A stretch of 64,000 bases of DNA from Erythrobacter sp. (lineage in GTDB: Bacteria; Pseudomonadota; Alphaproteobacteria; Sphingomonadales; Sphingomonadaceae): assembly GCA_025698865.1 (NCBI GenBank), contig JAILWQ010000002.1:144385-208384 (forward strand). The letters run 5' to 3'. Position numbers and translations under genes: made by a program. The notes beneath the pieces were generated by a model. The model made no database searches. It was not told the origin of the DNA and saw only the letters and a program-made list of their open reading frames with translations. Position 1 is the first letter of the stretch; every line of letters starts with the position of its first letter. Positions 8,470 through 17,460 of the stretch are shown one piece after another.

Positions 8470-11241
8470 ATGACAACAGGATTCACGTCGCTGCGCGTGC
8501 TGGCGATGCTTGGCGCAGGCATCGCACTCACGCCGCAGGTCGCACTGGCACAGGATACCGCGCCGCAAGACGCAGCGGAACAGGACGATCTGCTCGATAA
8601 CGCCGATGTGGACGATCAGCAGGTCATCGTCGTCACCGCCCAGGGACGCGCTCAGGTTCTGGCCGATGTTCCGGTCGCGGTTTCTGCAGTCTCTGGCGAA
8701 ACGCTCCGCAATTCGGGCACGAACGACATCCGCGAGCTCAATCAGGTCGCGCCGTCGCTGCTCGTCTCATCGACTGGCAACGAGGCGAACGGATCGGCGC
8801 GCATCCGCGGCATCGGCACCGTTGGCGACAATCCGGGGCTCGAAAGCTCGGTCGCGGTGTTCGTGGATGGCGTCTATCGCTCGCGCTCGGGCAACGCACT
8901 GAGCGAGCTCGGACCCATCGACCGGGTCGAAATTCTGCGCGGCCCGCAGGGTACGCTGGGCGGTCGCAACGCGTCGGCCGGCCTTATCAGCGTCTACACC
9001 GCTCCGCCGGAATTCGATTTCGAGGCCTACGGCGCCTTCACTTACGGCAATTACGACGCGATCCGCGTGGAAGGCGGCATCAACGCGCCGGTTAGCGACA
9101 CGATCGCGGCCCGCGTCGACGGTGTCTATTTCAAGCGTGACGGTTTCTACAATGATGTTGTCAACAATACGGACATCAACAATCGCGACCGCTATCTCGT
9201 CCGCGGACAGGTCCTGTTCGAACCCAACGAAGACATCACGTTCCGTCTTGTCGGCGACTATTCCAAGAAGGACGAGGCGTGCTGCGCGGCGACCTTCGTG
9301 CAGACCGATTCGGCCCCGCTCGCGCGCCTGAGCGACGACATCTCGCCCGTTTCGGACCAAGCCAAGTTCGATTATCCCGGCACGCTCACGCCCGCGCTGA
9401 CGAGCACCGCCAACCCGATCATTCCGATCCTGCTCGGCCTTGGCCAGAACCCGGCGGCGCTCAACCAGGGCACGTTCAACCGCGACATCTATGTCACCCC
9501 CGGCCGTTCCTACGACGGCGAGACGGAGGACTGGGGCATCTCGGGCGAGCTCAACTGGGATTTCGGCGCGGTCGGCCTGACCTCGATCACGGGCTACCGC
9601 CGCTACGAGAACTTCCAGGGTTCGGACACCGACTATACCCAGGTCGACATTATCTACCGCGCTCCGGGCGAGTTCGCGGGCGCGCGCGAGTTCAAGACGT
9701 TCACTCAGGAGCTTCGTCTCAACGGGACGCTGTTCAACGATCGGCTCGACTGGCTTGTCGGCGGGTACTACGCCAACGAGAAGCTGCAGGTTCGCGACAA
9801 TCTGCGGTTCGGCAACCAGTACGGCGCCTTCGCGCCCTGTCGTATCGTGAACGCGATCAATCCGGCTCTCGCGGCTCCTGGCGCGAGCGGGTGTCTTACC
9901 GCCGGTGGCCGCGCGGTGCTGGGCGCCGCGAATGGCGGCGCGGGCGCCTTCGGGCCGGCCACGCCGCTGATCTTTGCCGGTCTCGACAACCTTGCCCTCA
10001 TCAACGATCGCGGATCGACGGGTGACATCTACAACCAGGAGAGCGAGAATTTTGCGTTCTTCACACATAATATTTTCCACGTCACCGACACCGTCGATCT
10101 GACGCTGGGCCTGCGTTACACCAACGAAACGAAGGATTTCGACGCCACTTTCGGCAACGACAACACGATCTGTCCGCAGAACCGTGCCCTGCTCGCGCCG
10201 CTGCTGGGCAACGCGGCACTGGCCGGCCTTGCCGGCGGCATCATCTCGCTGTCCTGCCAGGGCAATTCGACCTCCGAGCTGAACGGCCTTTCGCTCGCCG
10301 ATACGCGTGACGAGGACGAATTCACCGGCACCGCGATCCTCAGCTGGAAGGCGACGCCCGACCTGCTGTTCTACGGGTCCTACTCGCGCGGCTACAAGGC
10401 GGGTGGCTTCAATCTCGACCGTTCGGCCCTGCAGGCGAACCCGGTGGTCGGCAATCCGGCCCTCACCGGCGCGGCAGCCAACCTCCAGTTCGATCAGGAG
10501 ACGGTTGACGCCTTCGAGCTCGGCGCGAAATATTCGACCCGCGAATTCGGCCTCAGCCTCGCAGCGTTCCGACAGGAATTCAGCAATTTCCAGCTGAACA
10601 CCTTCAACGGTTCGGTCTTCCTGGTGCAGAACATCAATGGCTGCGACACCGATCTGGGCGGTGCGGATCGGGATCCCAGCGGGGCCACCGGCTTCTGCGA
10701 TATCGATGCAGTGGCGCCCGGCGTGATCGCGCAGGGTGTGGAAGTGGAAGCGACCGTCAATCCGGTCCGCGACCTCGGCTTCACTTTCGGCTTCACCTAT
10801 GCCGACACCAAGTTCGAGGACAATCTGATCGGCAACGAGAACGGCACGCCGCTCGATCCGGCGCTGCGGCTTCTGCCGGGCGACAACATGTCGAACGCTC
10901 CGGAAATCGTCGCCACGTCGTCGGTTTCCTGGACCCCGCCGATCGGGAGCAGCGGCCTGCGCGGGCTGGTGTTCTTCAACGCCCGCATGACGAGCGACTA
11001 CAACACCGGCTCCGACCTTCTCTACGGCAAGGAGCAGGATGGCTTCGCCGTCGTCAACGGCCGTGTCGGGGTGACCAACATCGCCGGTCGCTTCGCCATC
11101 GAGGGCTGGGTGCAGAACCTGTTCGACAAGGACTACACCCAGGTCGCCTTCAACACGCCGTTCGTCGCCGAACAGCAGACCTACTCGGCCTACCTCGCCG
11201 AACCGCGGACCTACGGCATCACGGTGCGCGGCGCGTTCTGA
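8470..11241 (+). CDS. TonB-dependent outer-membrane receptor
   Basis: Signal peptide; TonB-box-like 'VIVVTAQ'; plug motifs 'RIRGIG', 'VDGVY', 'RVEILRGPQGTL'; C-terminal 'EPRTYGITVRGAF' ending in Phe; strong GAGAGGAG SD. Confidence 0.96.
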   Translation: MTTGFTSLRVLAMLGAGIALTPQVALAQDTAPQDAAEQDDLLDNADVDDQQVIVVTAQGRAQVLADVPVAVSAVSGETLRNSGTNDIRELNQVAPSLLVSSTGNEANGSARIRGIGTVGDNPGLESSVAVFVDGVYRSRSGNALSELGPIDRVEILRGPQGTLGGRNASAGLISVYTAPPEFDFEAYGAFTYGNYDAIRVEGGINAPVSDTIAARVDGVYFKRDGFYNDVVNNTDINNRDRYLVRGQVLFEPNEDITFRLVGDYSKKDEACCAATFVQTDSAPLARLSDDISPVSDQAKFDYPGTLTPALTSTANPIIPILLGLGQNPAALNQGTFNRDIYVTPGRSYDGETEDWGISGELNWDFGAVGLTSITGYRRYENFQGSDTDYTQVDIIYRAPGEFAGAREFKTFTQELRLNGTLFNDRLDWLVGGYYANEKLQVRDNLRFGNQYGAFAPCRIVNAINPALAAPGASGCLTAGGRAVLGAANGGAGAFGPATPLIFAGLDNLALINDRGSTGDIYNQESENFAFFTHNIFHVTDTVDLTLGLRYTNETKDFDATFGNDNTICPQNRALLAPLLGNAALAGLAGGIISLSCQGNSTSELNGLSLADTRDEDEFTGTAILSWKATPDLLFYGSYSRGYKAGGFNLDRSALQANPVVGNPALTGAAANLQFDQETVDAFELGAKYSTREFGLSLAAFRQEFSNFQLNTFNGSVFLVQNINGCDTDLGGADRDPSGATGFCDIDAVAPGVIAQGVEVEATVNPVRDLGFTFGFTYADTKFEDNLIGNENGTPLDPALRLLPGDNMSNAPEIVATSSVSWTPPIGSSGLRGLVFFNARMTSDYNTGSDLLYGKEQDGFAVVNGRVGVTNIAGRFAIEGWVQNLFDKDYTQVAFNTPFVAEQQTYSAYLAEPRTYGITVRGAF

Positions 11242-11263
11242 GGCCCGCCTTTCCGGAACAACG

Positions 11264-11294
11264 AAAGGGCGTCGCGCGAGCGGCGCCCTTTTTT
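11264..11294. terminator. Bidirectional intrinsic terminator between the TBDR and yggS
   Basis: AAAGGGCGTCGC-GCGA-GCGGCGCCCTTTTTT: GNRA loop with an A-tract before and a T-tract after. Confidence 0.85.
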
Positions 11295-11302
11295 CTCGCA
11301 GC

Positions 11303-11977
11303 CTAGCCCCGCTCGCCGAACAGCGCGGTGCCGACGCGGACATGGGTCGCGCCGAGCATGATCGCGCTCGGATAGTCGGCGCTCATGCCCATCGAGCGGC
11401 CCCAGCTGCCATCCGCAGGGCCGTGATCGCGGGCCAGCTTGTCGAGCAGCGCGAAGAACGGCGCGGGCTCGATGTCGAAGGGCGGAATGCACATCAGGCC
11501 GGCGACCGGAATATCCGCCTCGCGCGCGAGATCGAGCAAGGCGGGCAGATCGGCTATCGCGCAGCCGCCCTTCTGGTCCTCCTCGCCCACATCGACCTGC
11601 ACGAAGCACGGCACCCGCCGCCCGGTCTTGTCGAACGCCTTGCCGAGCGCCTTCGCGAGGCTCGGCCGGTCGAGCGAATGGATGCAGTCGAACAGCGCGG
11701 CCGCATCTTCCGCCTTGTTCGACTGAAGCTGGCCGATCAGGTGCAGCCGCGTCTCGGGATAGGCTTCGCGCAAGGCGGGCCACTTGTCCTGTGCCTCCTG
11801 CACGCGGTTCTCCCCGAAATCGCGGTGGCCGTGCTTCAGCAGCGGAGCGATCGCTTCGGCGGGGCGCGTCTTGCTCACCGCGATCAGCGTCACCTCCTCG
11901 GGCTCGCGCCGCGCGATGCGGCAGGCCCGGTCGATCTCGTCGCGCACCTGGGCAAGCGGAGTCTGTGCCATTTCCAT
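11303..11977 (-). CDS. yggS: YggS/PLPBP pyridoxal-phosphate homeostasis protein
   Basis: 'LIAVSKT', 'FGENRVQE', 'HLIGQLQSNK', 'GLMCIPP', 'SMGMSADY', 'VRVGTALFG'. This is the C-terminal part of track ORF 11303..15019. Confidence 0.96.
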   Translation of the reverse strand: MEMAQTPLAQVRDEIDRACRIARREPEEVTLIAVSKTRPAEAIAPLLKHGHRDFGENRVQEAQDKWPALREAYPETRLHLIGQLQSNKAEDAAALFDCIHSLDRPSLAKALGKAFDKTGRRVPCFVQVDVGEEDQKGGCAIADLPALLDLAREADIPVAGLMCIPPFDIEPAPFFALLDKLARDHGPADGSWGRSMGMSADYPSAIMLGATHVRVGTALFGERG

Positions 11978-11982
11978 GCGCG

Positions 11983-11994
11983 GCGCTATAGCGC
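11983..11994. promoter_or_regulatory. Palindromic -10 element (GCGCTATAGCGC) shared by two divergent, probably leaderless genes
   Basis: Only 21 bp separate the two ATGs. TATAGC reads on both strands, 6 and 7 nt before each ATG; there is no room for an SD. Confidence 0.6.
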
Positions 11995-11998
11995 GCGG

Positions 11999-12535
11999 AT
12001 GCGCGGCGTGAACCCTCTGCCACTTCGCTGGCTGCTGTCCGATGCGCGCAACGATGCGGGGCTGGAAGCATCCATCGCGGCCCTGCCGGCCGGTTCGGGC
12101 TTCGTCTTCCGCCATTACCACCTGACCGAAAGCGATCGGCGCGCCCGCTTCGCGACGCTGGCCGCCCTGGCGCGCGACCACGGGCATCTGGTGGCGATCG
12201 CGCGCCCTTCCGGCGACTTGGGTTCGTGGAAAGCCGACGGAACCTATGGGGCGGCACCGCGGGGCCACGGCCTCCACCTCGCCGCCGCGCATGACGCGGA
12301 CGAGATACAGGCCGCCATCGCCGCCGGAGCGGACGGCATCTTCCTCTCGCCCGTCTTTCCCACCGCCTCGCACCCCGGCGCGCGCACTCTGGGGGTCCGG
12401 CGCTTCCGCGCTCTGGCGATGCAGTCCCCCATTCCGGTCATCGCGCTGGGCGGCATGACCCCGGCGCGCGCGCGCGAACTCGACTGGCCGCGCTGGGGCG
12501 CGATCGATGGCCTTGCCGCGCCGAGGCGCATCTGA
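11999..12535 (+). CDS. Thiamine-phosphate synthase (ThiE/TenI)-like TIM-barrel protein, degenerate
   Basis: C-terminal motifs 'AHDADEI..A...GADGIFLSPVFPTASHPG', 'PVIALGGM'; N-terminal ThiE motifs not recognisable. Confidence 0.8.
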   Translation: MRGVNPLPLRWLLSDARNDAGLEASIAALPAGSGFVFRHYHLTESDRRARFATLAALARDHGHLVAIARPSGDLGSWKADGTYGAAPRGHGLHLAAAHDADEIQAAIAAGADGIFLSPVFPTASHPGARTLGVRRFRALAMQSPIPVIALGGMTPARARELDWPRWGAIDGLAAPRRI

Positions 12536-12541
12536 AATCGT

Positions 12542-12571
12542 TTGACGCAGGACTCCGCCCGGACTCATACT
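12542..12571 (+). promoter_or_regulatory. Sigma70 promoter of ftsK (TTGACG-N18-CATACT) containing two GANTC sites
   Basis: -35 at 12542-12547, -10 at 12566-12571, ATG 6 nt later; GACTC at 12551 and 12562. Confidence 0.6.
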
Positions 12572-12577
12572 GTCGCC

Positions 12578-14923
12578 ATGGCCACCCGTGCTCTTACCGC
12601 CAGCGACTGGAAAGCCGCTTTCCGCCGCTCGATGCGCCGCGCCACCCAGATCGCCGGCGCGGCCCTGCTCGCGCTCGGCACGCTGATCCTCACCCTTTCG
12701 CTGGCCAGTTACACGCAGACCGATCCGAGCATGTCGACCGCCGCCTCCGGCCAGCAGATCGACAACTGGATGGGCGCGACCGGCGCGTGGCTGGCCGATG
12801 CGACGCTGATGCTGTTCGGCCTGACCGCGGTGCTGCTGCTGCCGCTGCTCTATATCGGCGCGCGCAAGCTGTGGCGCGAGATAGAGACCGACAACGAGGC
12901 CGACGATGCGCGCTGGTGGCGCCCGCTTTCGCTGCTGGTGCTGGCCATGGTGCTGCTGGCGACGGTGCTGGCATTGCTGTTCACGCCCGGCAGCGGCAGC
13001 CTGCCCGCAGGCTATGGCGGCCTCGCCGGCTTGCTGGGCGAAGCGATGATCGGCGGGCTTGCGGGCCGTTTCCCCGAGGCGACGCAAGGCTGGATCACCG
13101 GCGCGGTCGGCCTTGCCGCGCTGGTGGGAGGACTGGTCCTGCTCGGCCGCGTCTTCGCGATCGACTGGCGGCGTTTCCTCACCCTGCCCGACTTCCTGAA
13201 ACGCGCCCCGGCCGCGCTTCCCGCCACGCTCCAGGATGCCGCCGCCCTGCCCGTTCCGCGCCGCCGCAAGCGCGCCGAAACCGATGAGGACGAGCCCGAG
13301 CCGGTCGCGATCGAGCCTGCCCCGCGCCGCGCGCCTGTCATTCCCGATCCGGCCACGGCCCCGCGTCCGGCGGTGCAGGCCCAGCCCCGGCAGCGCGACA
13401 TGTTCGCGCATTACGAACTGCCCAGTCTCGACCTGCTGACCGAAAAAGGGCCGGACAAGGCGGTCAAGCTCGACAAGCTGGCGCTGGAGCGCAACGCCCG
13501 CCTGCTCGAGAACGTGCTCGACGATTTCAACGTCAAGGGCGAGATCACCGCCGTGCGCGCCGGGCCGGTGGTCACGATGTACGAGCTGGAGCCCGCGCCG
13601 GGCATCAAAGCCAGCCGCGTGATCGGCCTTGCCGAGGATATCGCCCGCAACATGAGCGCGATCAGCGCGCGCGTCTCCCCCATACCGGGCAAGACCGTGA
13701 TGGGCATCGAACTGCCCAATGCCGACCGTCAGATGGTCAGCTATCGCGAGCTGGCCCAGAGCGCCGATTTCGCCGACCATGGCGGCGCGCTGCCGATGAT
13801 CCTGGGCAAGGACATCGCCGGCGAGCCGGTGATCGCGGACCTTGCCGCCATGCCCCACCTGCTGGTGGCGGGCACCACCGGATCGGGCAAGTCGGTGGGT
13901 CTGAACGCGATCCTGCTCTCGCTCCTCTATCGCTTCACGCCCGACGAGTGCCGCCTGATCCTGATCGATCCCAAGGTGCTCGAGCTCAAGACCTACGACG
14001 ATATTCCCCACCTCCTCTCGCCGGTCGTCACCGAACCGCACAAGAGCGTGCGCGCGCTCAAATGGGCGGTCGAGGAGATGGAGCGCCGCTATCGCATGAT
14101 GAGCAGCGTCAATTCGCGCAACATCGCCGGCTTCAATGAAAAGGTGAAGACCGCCGCCGCCAAGGGCAAGCCGCTCGGCCGCAGGGTTCAGACCGGCTTC
14201 GACCCCGAGACCGGCGAGGAAATCTTCGAGGAGGAGCAGCTCGATTACCAGCCGCTGCCGCTGATCGTACTGATCGTCGACGAGCTGGCCGACCTCATGG
14301 TTACGGTCGGCAAGGAGATCGAGGTGCTGATCCAGCGCCTCAGCCAGAAGAGCCGCGCGGCGGGCATCCATCTGATCATGGCGACGCAGCGTCCCTCGGT
14401 CGACGTCATCACCGGCGTCATCAAGGCGAACCTGCCGACCCGCATCAGCTTCAAGGTGACGAGCCGCATCGACAGCCGCACTATCCTGGGCGAACAAGGC
14501 GCCGAGCAGCTGCTGGGCAAGGGCGACATGCTCTACAAACCCAACACCGGCGCGCTGGTCCGCGTGCACGGCCCCTTCGTGTCCGACGAGGAGGTCGAGC
14601 GGGTGGCCGACCACTGGCGCGCGCAGGGCAAACCCGACTACGTCGACGCCGTGACCGAGGAGCCCGAGGAAGGCGGCGGCTTCGATTTCGAGGACGAGTT
14701 CACCGCGTCGGACAATCCCGAGGAGCGCAAGTACCGCCAGGCCTGCCAGATCGTGATCGAGAACCAGAAGGCGAGCGGATCGTGGCTCCAGCGTCAGATG
14801 GGCGTGGGCTACAACACCGCCGCCAAATGGATCGAGCGGATGGAAGGCGAAGGGCTGGTCGGCCCGGCCAACCATGTCGGCCGGCGCGAGATCTTCCGCG
14901 ATCAGGACGGCAATCCGCTCTAG
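12578..14923 (+). CDS. ftsK: DNA translocase FtsK
   Basis: 4TM N-terminus; 'PHLLVAGTTGSGKS' Walker A; 'IVDELADLM' Walker B; 'RAAGIHLIMATQRPSVDV'; gamma domain 'SWLQRQMGVGYNTAA'. Confidence 0.97.
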   Translation: MATRALTASDWKAAFRRSMRRATQIAGAALLALGTLILTLSLASYTQTDPSMSTAASGQQIDNWMGATGAWLADATLMLFGLTAVLLLPLLYIGARKLWREIETDNEADDARWWRPLSLLVLAMVLLATVLALLFTPGSGSLPAGYGGLAGLLGEAMIGGLAGRFPEATQGWITGAVGLAALVGGLVLLGRVFAIDWRRFLTLPDFLKRAPAALPATLQDAAALPVPRRRKRAETDEDEPEPVAIEPAPRRAPVIPDPATAPRPAVQAQPRQRDMFAHYELPSLDLLTEKGPDKAVKLDKLALERNARLLENVLDDFNVKGEITAVRAGPVVTMYELEPAPGIKASRVIGLAEDIARNMSAISARVSPIPGKTVMGIELPNADRQMVSYRELAQSADFADHGGALPMILGKDIAGEPVIADLAAMPHLLVAGTTGSGKSVGLNAILLSLLYRFTPDECRLILIDPKVLELKTYDDIPHLLSPVVTEPHKSVRALKWAVEEMERRYRMMSSVNSRNIAGFNEKVKTAAAKGKPLGRRVQTGFDPETGEEIFEEEQLDYQPLPLIVLIVDELADLMVTVGKEIEVLIQRLSQKSRAAGIHLIMATQRPSVDVITGVIKANLPTRISFKVTSRIDSRTILGEQGAEQLLGKGDMLYKPNTGALVRVHGPFVSDEEVERVADHWRAQGKPDYVDAVTEEPEEGGGFDFEDEFTASDNPEERKYRQACQIVIENQKASGSWLQRQMGVGYNTAAKWIERMEGEGLVGPANHVGRREIFRDQDGNPL

Positions 14924-14936
14924 GCGAGGCGCCGCG

Positions 14937-17459
14937 TCAGAGGTCGGGCAGGCGCTGCTCGGCGAAACCCCAGCCGTGGAGCGATTTCGACGCTGCCCGG
15001 TCGAGCAGTGTCTTCGCATCGTCCATCGAAAAGGGATGGGCGTTCTCCATGCCCTTCAGCTCGTTCCACGCGATCGGCACCGCGACAGGGGCGCCGCTGC
15101 GCGCCCGCGCCGAATAGGGAAGGACGGCGGTGCTGCCCCGCTGGTTGCGCAGCCAGTCGATGAAGATCTTTCCCTTGCGCTTGGCCTTGCTCATCGTCGC
15201 GGTGAAGCGGTCGGGTTCGGCCATGCTCAGCGCCTCGGCGAAACGCCTGGCGAAGTCCTTGTGCGTTTCCCACGAATGGCCGGTGGTCAGGGGCACCACG
15301 ACATGGACGCCCTTGCCGCCCGAAAGCATGGCGAAGCTCGTCAGCCCCAGATCCGCCAGCCGGTCGCGAATGTCGCGCGCGGCGCTCTTCACGTCGCCGA
15401 AATCGAGACCCTCGTCGGGATCTAGGTCGAAGATCATCCGGTCGGGCGCCTCGACATCGGAGGAGCGCGCAGCCCAGCCGTGGAACTCGATCGTGCCCAT
15501 TTGGACGCATTGCATGATGCCGCGCGCATCCTCGACGAAGATGTAGTCCTCCGTCCCGCCATCCTTCTCGGCGATGGGGACGTGGTGGACCGCGTCGCCG
15601 AAGCTGCCGCTGTCGTGCTTCTGGAAGAAGCACTTGCGCGCCCGCCCCTGCGGACAGCGGACGAGGCTGACCGGGCGGCGCGCGGCGAAGGGCAGCATCA
15701 GCGGGGCGATGGCGGCGTAGTAATCGGCCAGTTCTCCCTTGGTCTGGCCGCTGTCGGGAAAGACCACCCGGTCGCGGCTCGAAATCTCGACCGCTTCGTC
15801 CGCCACGGGCGCGTCGGCAGGTGTTTCGGGCGTGACCTCGGCCGCGTTCTTGTCGCCGCGCAGGCCGAGGAAGCTGCCATGGCGGACATTTCCGTCGGCG
15901 GTGAATTCGGCAAAGGCGATCTCCGCAACAAGGCTGGGTGTCAGCCAGGTAACGCCACGCGATGACGCCCTGTCGACCTCGGCGGGCGGCGTCTTGCGCT
16001 CCAGCCGCCGCATCTTCGTGGCAAGATCGTCGAGATCGTCGGTGGTGAATCCGGTCCCGACATTGCCCTTGTAGACCAACTCGTCTCCTTCGTGCTGGGC
16101 CAGCAGGAGCGAGGCGAAGGGGCGCCCCTTGGCGGAGGATGTCTTCCAGCCGATCACCACGAATTCCTGCCGCCGGGTGCATTTCACCTTCACCCAGGCC
16201 TTGCTGCGGCGTCCCGAATATGCGCCGTCCACGGTCTTGGAGATGATCCCCTCCTGCCCGGCATCGCACATGGTGCGAAACAGCTTCTCGCCCGCGCCGA
16301 TCACGTGATCCGCCAGAAAGACCGGGTCCTCCGCCGTGGCGAGCAGCGACTCCAGCCGTTCCTTGCGCTCGATATTGGGCAGATCGGTCAGGTCCTCTCC
16401 GCCGAGTTCGAGACAGTCGAAGGCGTGGAGCTGCAAACGGTCGCCCTTCCCTTGCGCGCCATGCCCGCGCTTCAACACCTGTTGCAGGGTCGAGAAATCG
16501 GGATTGCCCTTCGCATCGACCGCGACGATCTCGCCGTCGATCAGGCAACTGGGCAGGTCGAGCGCGGCCACCGCCTCGACCAGCGGCGCGAACTTGTCGG
16601 TCCAGTCCTTCCCGCTGCGGGTGTAGACGCGCACATCCGCGCCCTTGGCCGCGATCAGCGCGCGATAGCCGTCGAACTTGATCTCGTGCATCCAGCGATT
16701 GCCGGCGGGCACGCTGTCGACCAGCGTGGCGAGCTGCGGTTTGCGGAAACCGGGGATCGCGGCGTCGCGCGATGCGGACCGCGCTTTCTTGGCATTGCGC
16801 GAGGACGCCTTGGCCATCTGCTCGGCAAAGGCATCGTCCTTCTTGCCCGCGAGCGGATATTCGCCTTTCTTGCCGGCGGCGATCTCCGCCATGGCTCGGC
16901 CGGTGAGAACGCTGGTCAGTTCCTTCTCGACCAGCATGTCGCCCTCCTGCGCGTGGTCGTCCTGCAATTTGCGCAGCAGCCAGTTTTCGCGCTTCTCTCC
17001 CGGCTTTTTCTTCAGCCTTATCAACAGCCACTCGCCGCGCATCCGCTCGCCCTCGAGGCAAAAGTGCAGATGGCCCTTCTCGATGTCCTTTGCGCTCTTG
17101 CCCTTTATCGGCGACCAGGTGCCCCGGTCCCACAGCATCACCGTGCCGCCGCCATATTCGCCCTTGGGAATGGTGCCCTCGAATTCGGCATAGGACATTG
17201 GGTGATCCTCGGTCCGCACGGCAAGCCGCTTCACGTCCGGGTCGGGCGAGGGCCCCTTGGTGACCGCCCAGCTCTTGAGCACGCCGTCGGCCTCCAGCCG
17301 CAAATCCCAGTGCAGCCGCGTGGCGTCGTGCTTCTGGACGATGAAGAGATTGCCGCCCTCGCTCGCCTGCGCCTTGCCGGAAGGCTCGGGCGTCTTCCCG
17401 AAGTCGCGCTTGGCATTGTAAGTGGCGAGCGGGTCGGCCGTTTTTCTCGCGCCCGCCAT
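14937..17459 (-). CDS. ligD: NHEJ DNA ligase D (phosphoesterase-ligase-polymerase)
   Basis: PE domain 'FIVQKHDATRLHWDLRLE'; ligase 'EIKFDGYR'; polymerase 'VRCPQG..CFFQKH', 'DRMIFDLDP', 'SGGKGVHV', 'IFIDWLRN'. Confidence 0.96.
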   Translation of the reverse strand: MAGARKTADPLATYNAKRDFGKTPEPSGKAQASEGGNLFIVQKHDATRLHWDLRLEADGVLKSWAVTKGPSPDPDVKRLAVRTEDHPMSYAEFEGTIPKGEYGGGTVMLWDRGTWSPIKGKSAKDIEKGHLHFCLEGERMRGEWLLIRLKKKPGEKRENWLLRKLQDDHAQEGDMLVEKELTSVLTGRAMAEIAAGKKGEYPLAGKKDDAFAEQMAKASSRNAKKARSASRDAAIPGFRKPQLATLVDSVPAGNRWMHEIKFDGYRALIAAKGADVRVYTRSGKDWTDKFAPLVEAVAALDLPSCLIDGEIVAVDAKGNPDFSTLQQVLKRGHGAQGKGDRLQLHAFDCLELGGEDLTDLPNIERKERLESLLATAEDPVFLADHVIGAGEKLFRTMCDAGQEGIISKTVDGAYSGRRSKAWVKVKCTRRQEFVVIGWKTSSAKGRPFASLLLAQHEGDELVYKGNVGTGFTTDDLDDLATKMRRLERKTPPAEVDRASSRGVTWLTPSLVAEIAFAEFTADGNVRHGSFLGLRGDKNAAEVTPETPADAPVADEAVEISSRDRVVFPDSGQTKGELADYYAAIAPLMLPFAARRPVSLVRCPQGRARKCFFQKHDSGSFGDAVHHVPIAEKDGGTEDYIFVEDARGIMQCVQMGTIEFHGWAARSSDVEAPDRMIFDLDPDEGLDFGDVKSAARDIRDRLADLGLTSFAMLSGGKGVHVVVPLTTGHSWETHKDFARRFAEALSMAEPDRFTATMSKAKRKGKIFIDWLRNQRGSTAVLPYSARARSGAPVAVPIAWNELKGMENAHPFSMDDAKTLLDRAASKSLHGWGFAEQRLPDL

Positions 17460-17460
17460 T

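Noticed and set aside
3893-11343. Long antisense ORFs (3893..5614, 5493..8417, 8767..11343)
   Set aside because: They mirror well-supported + strand genes, have no recognisable motifs, and are the expected shadow of GC-rich codon usage.
11303-15019. 1238-aa minus-strand ORF as one giant protein
   Set aside because: Only the last 224 aa (YggS) are real; the rest is antisense to the thiE-like gene and ftsK.
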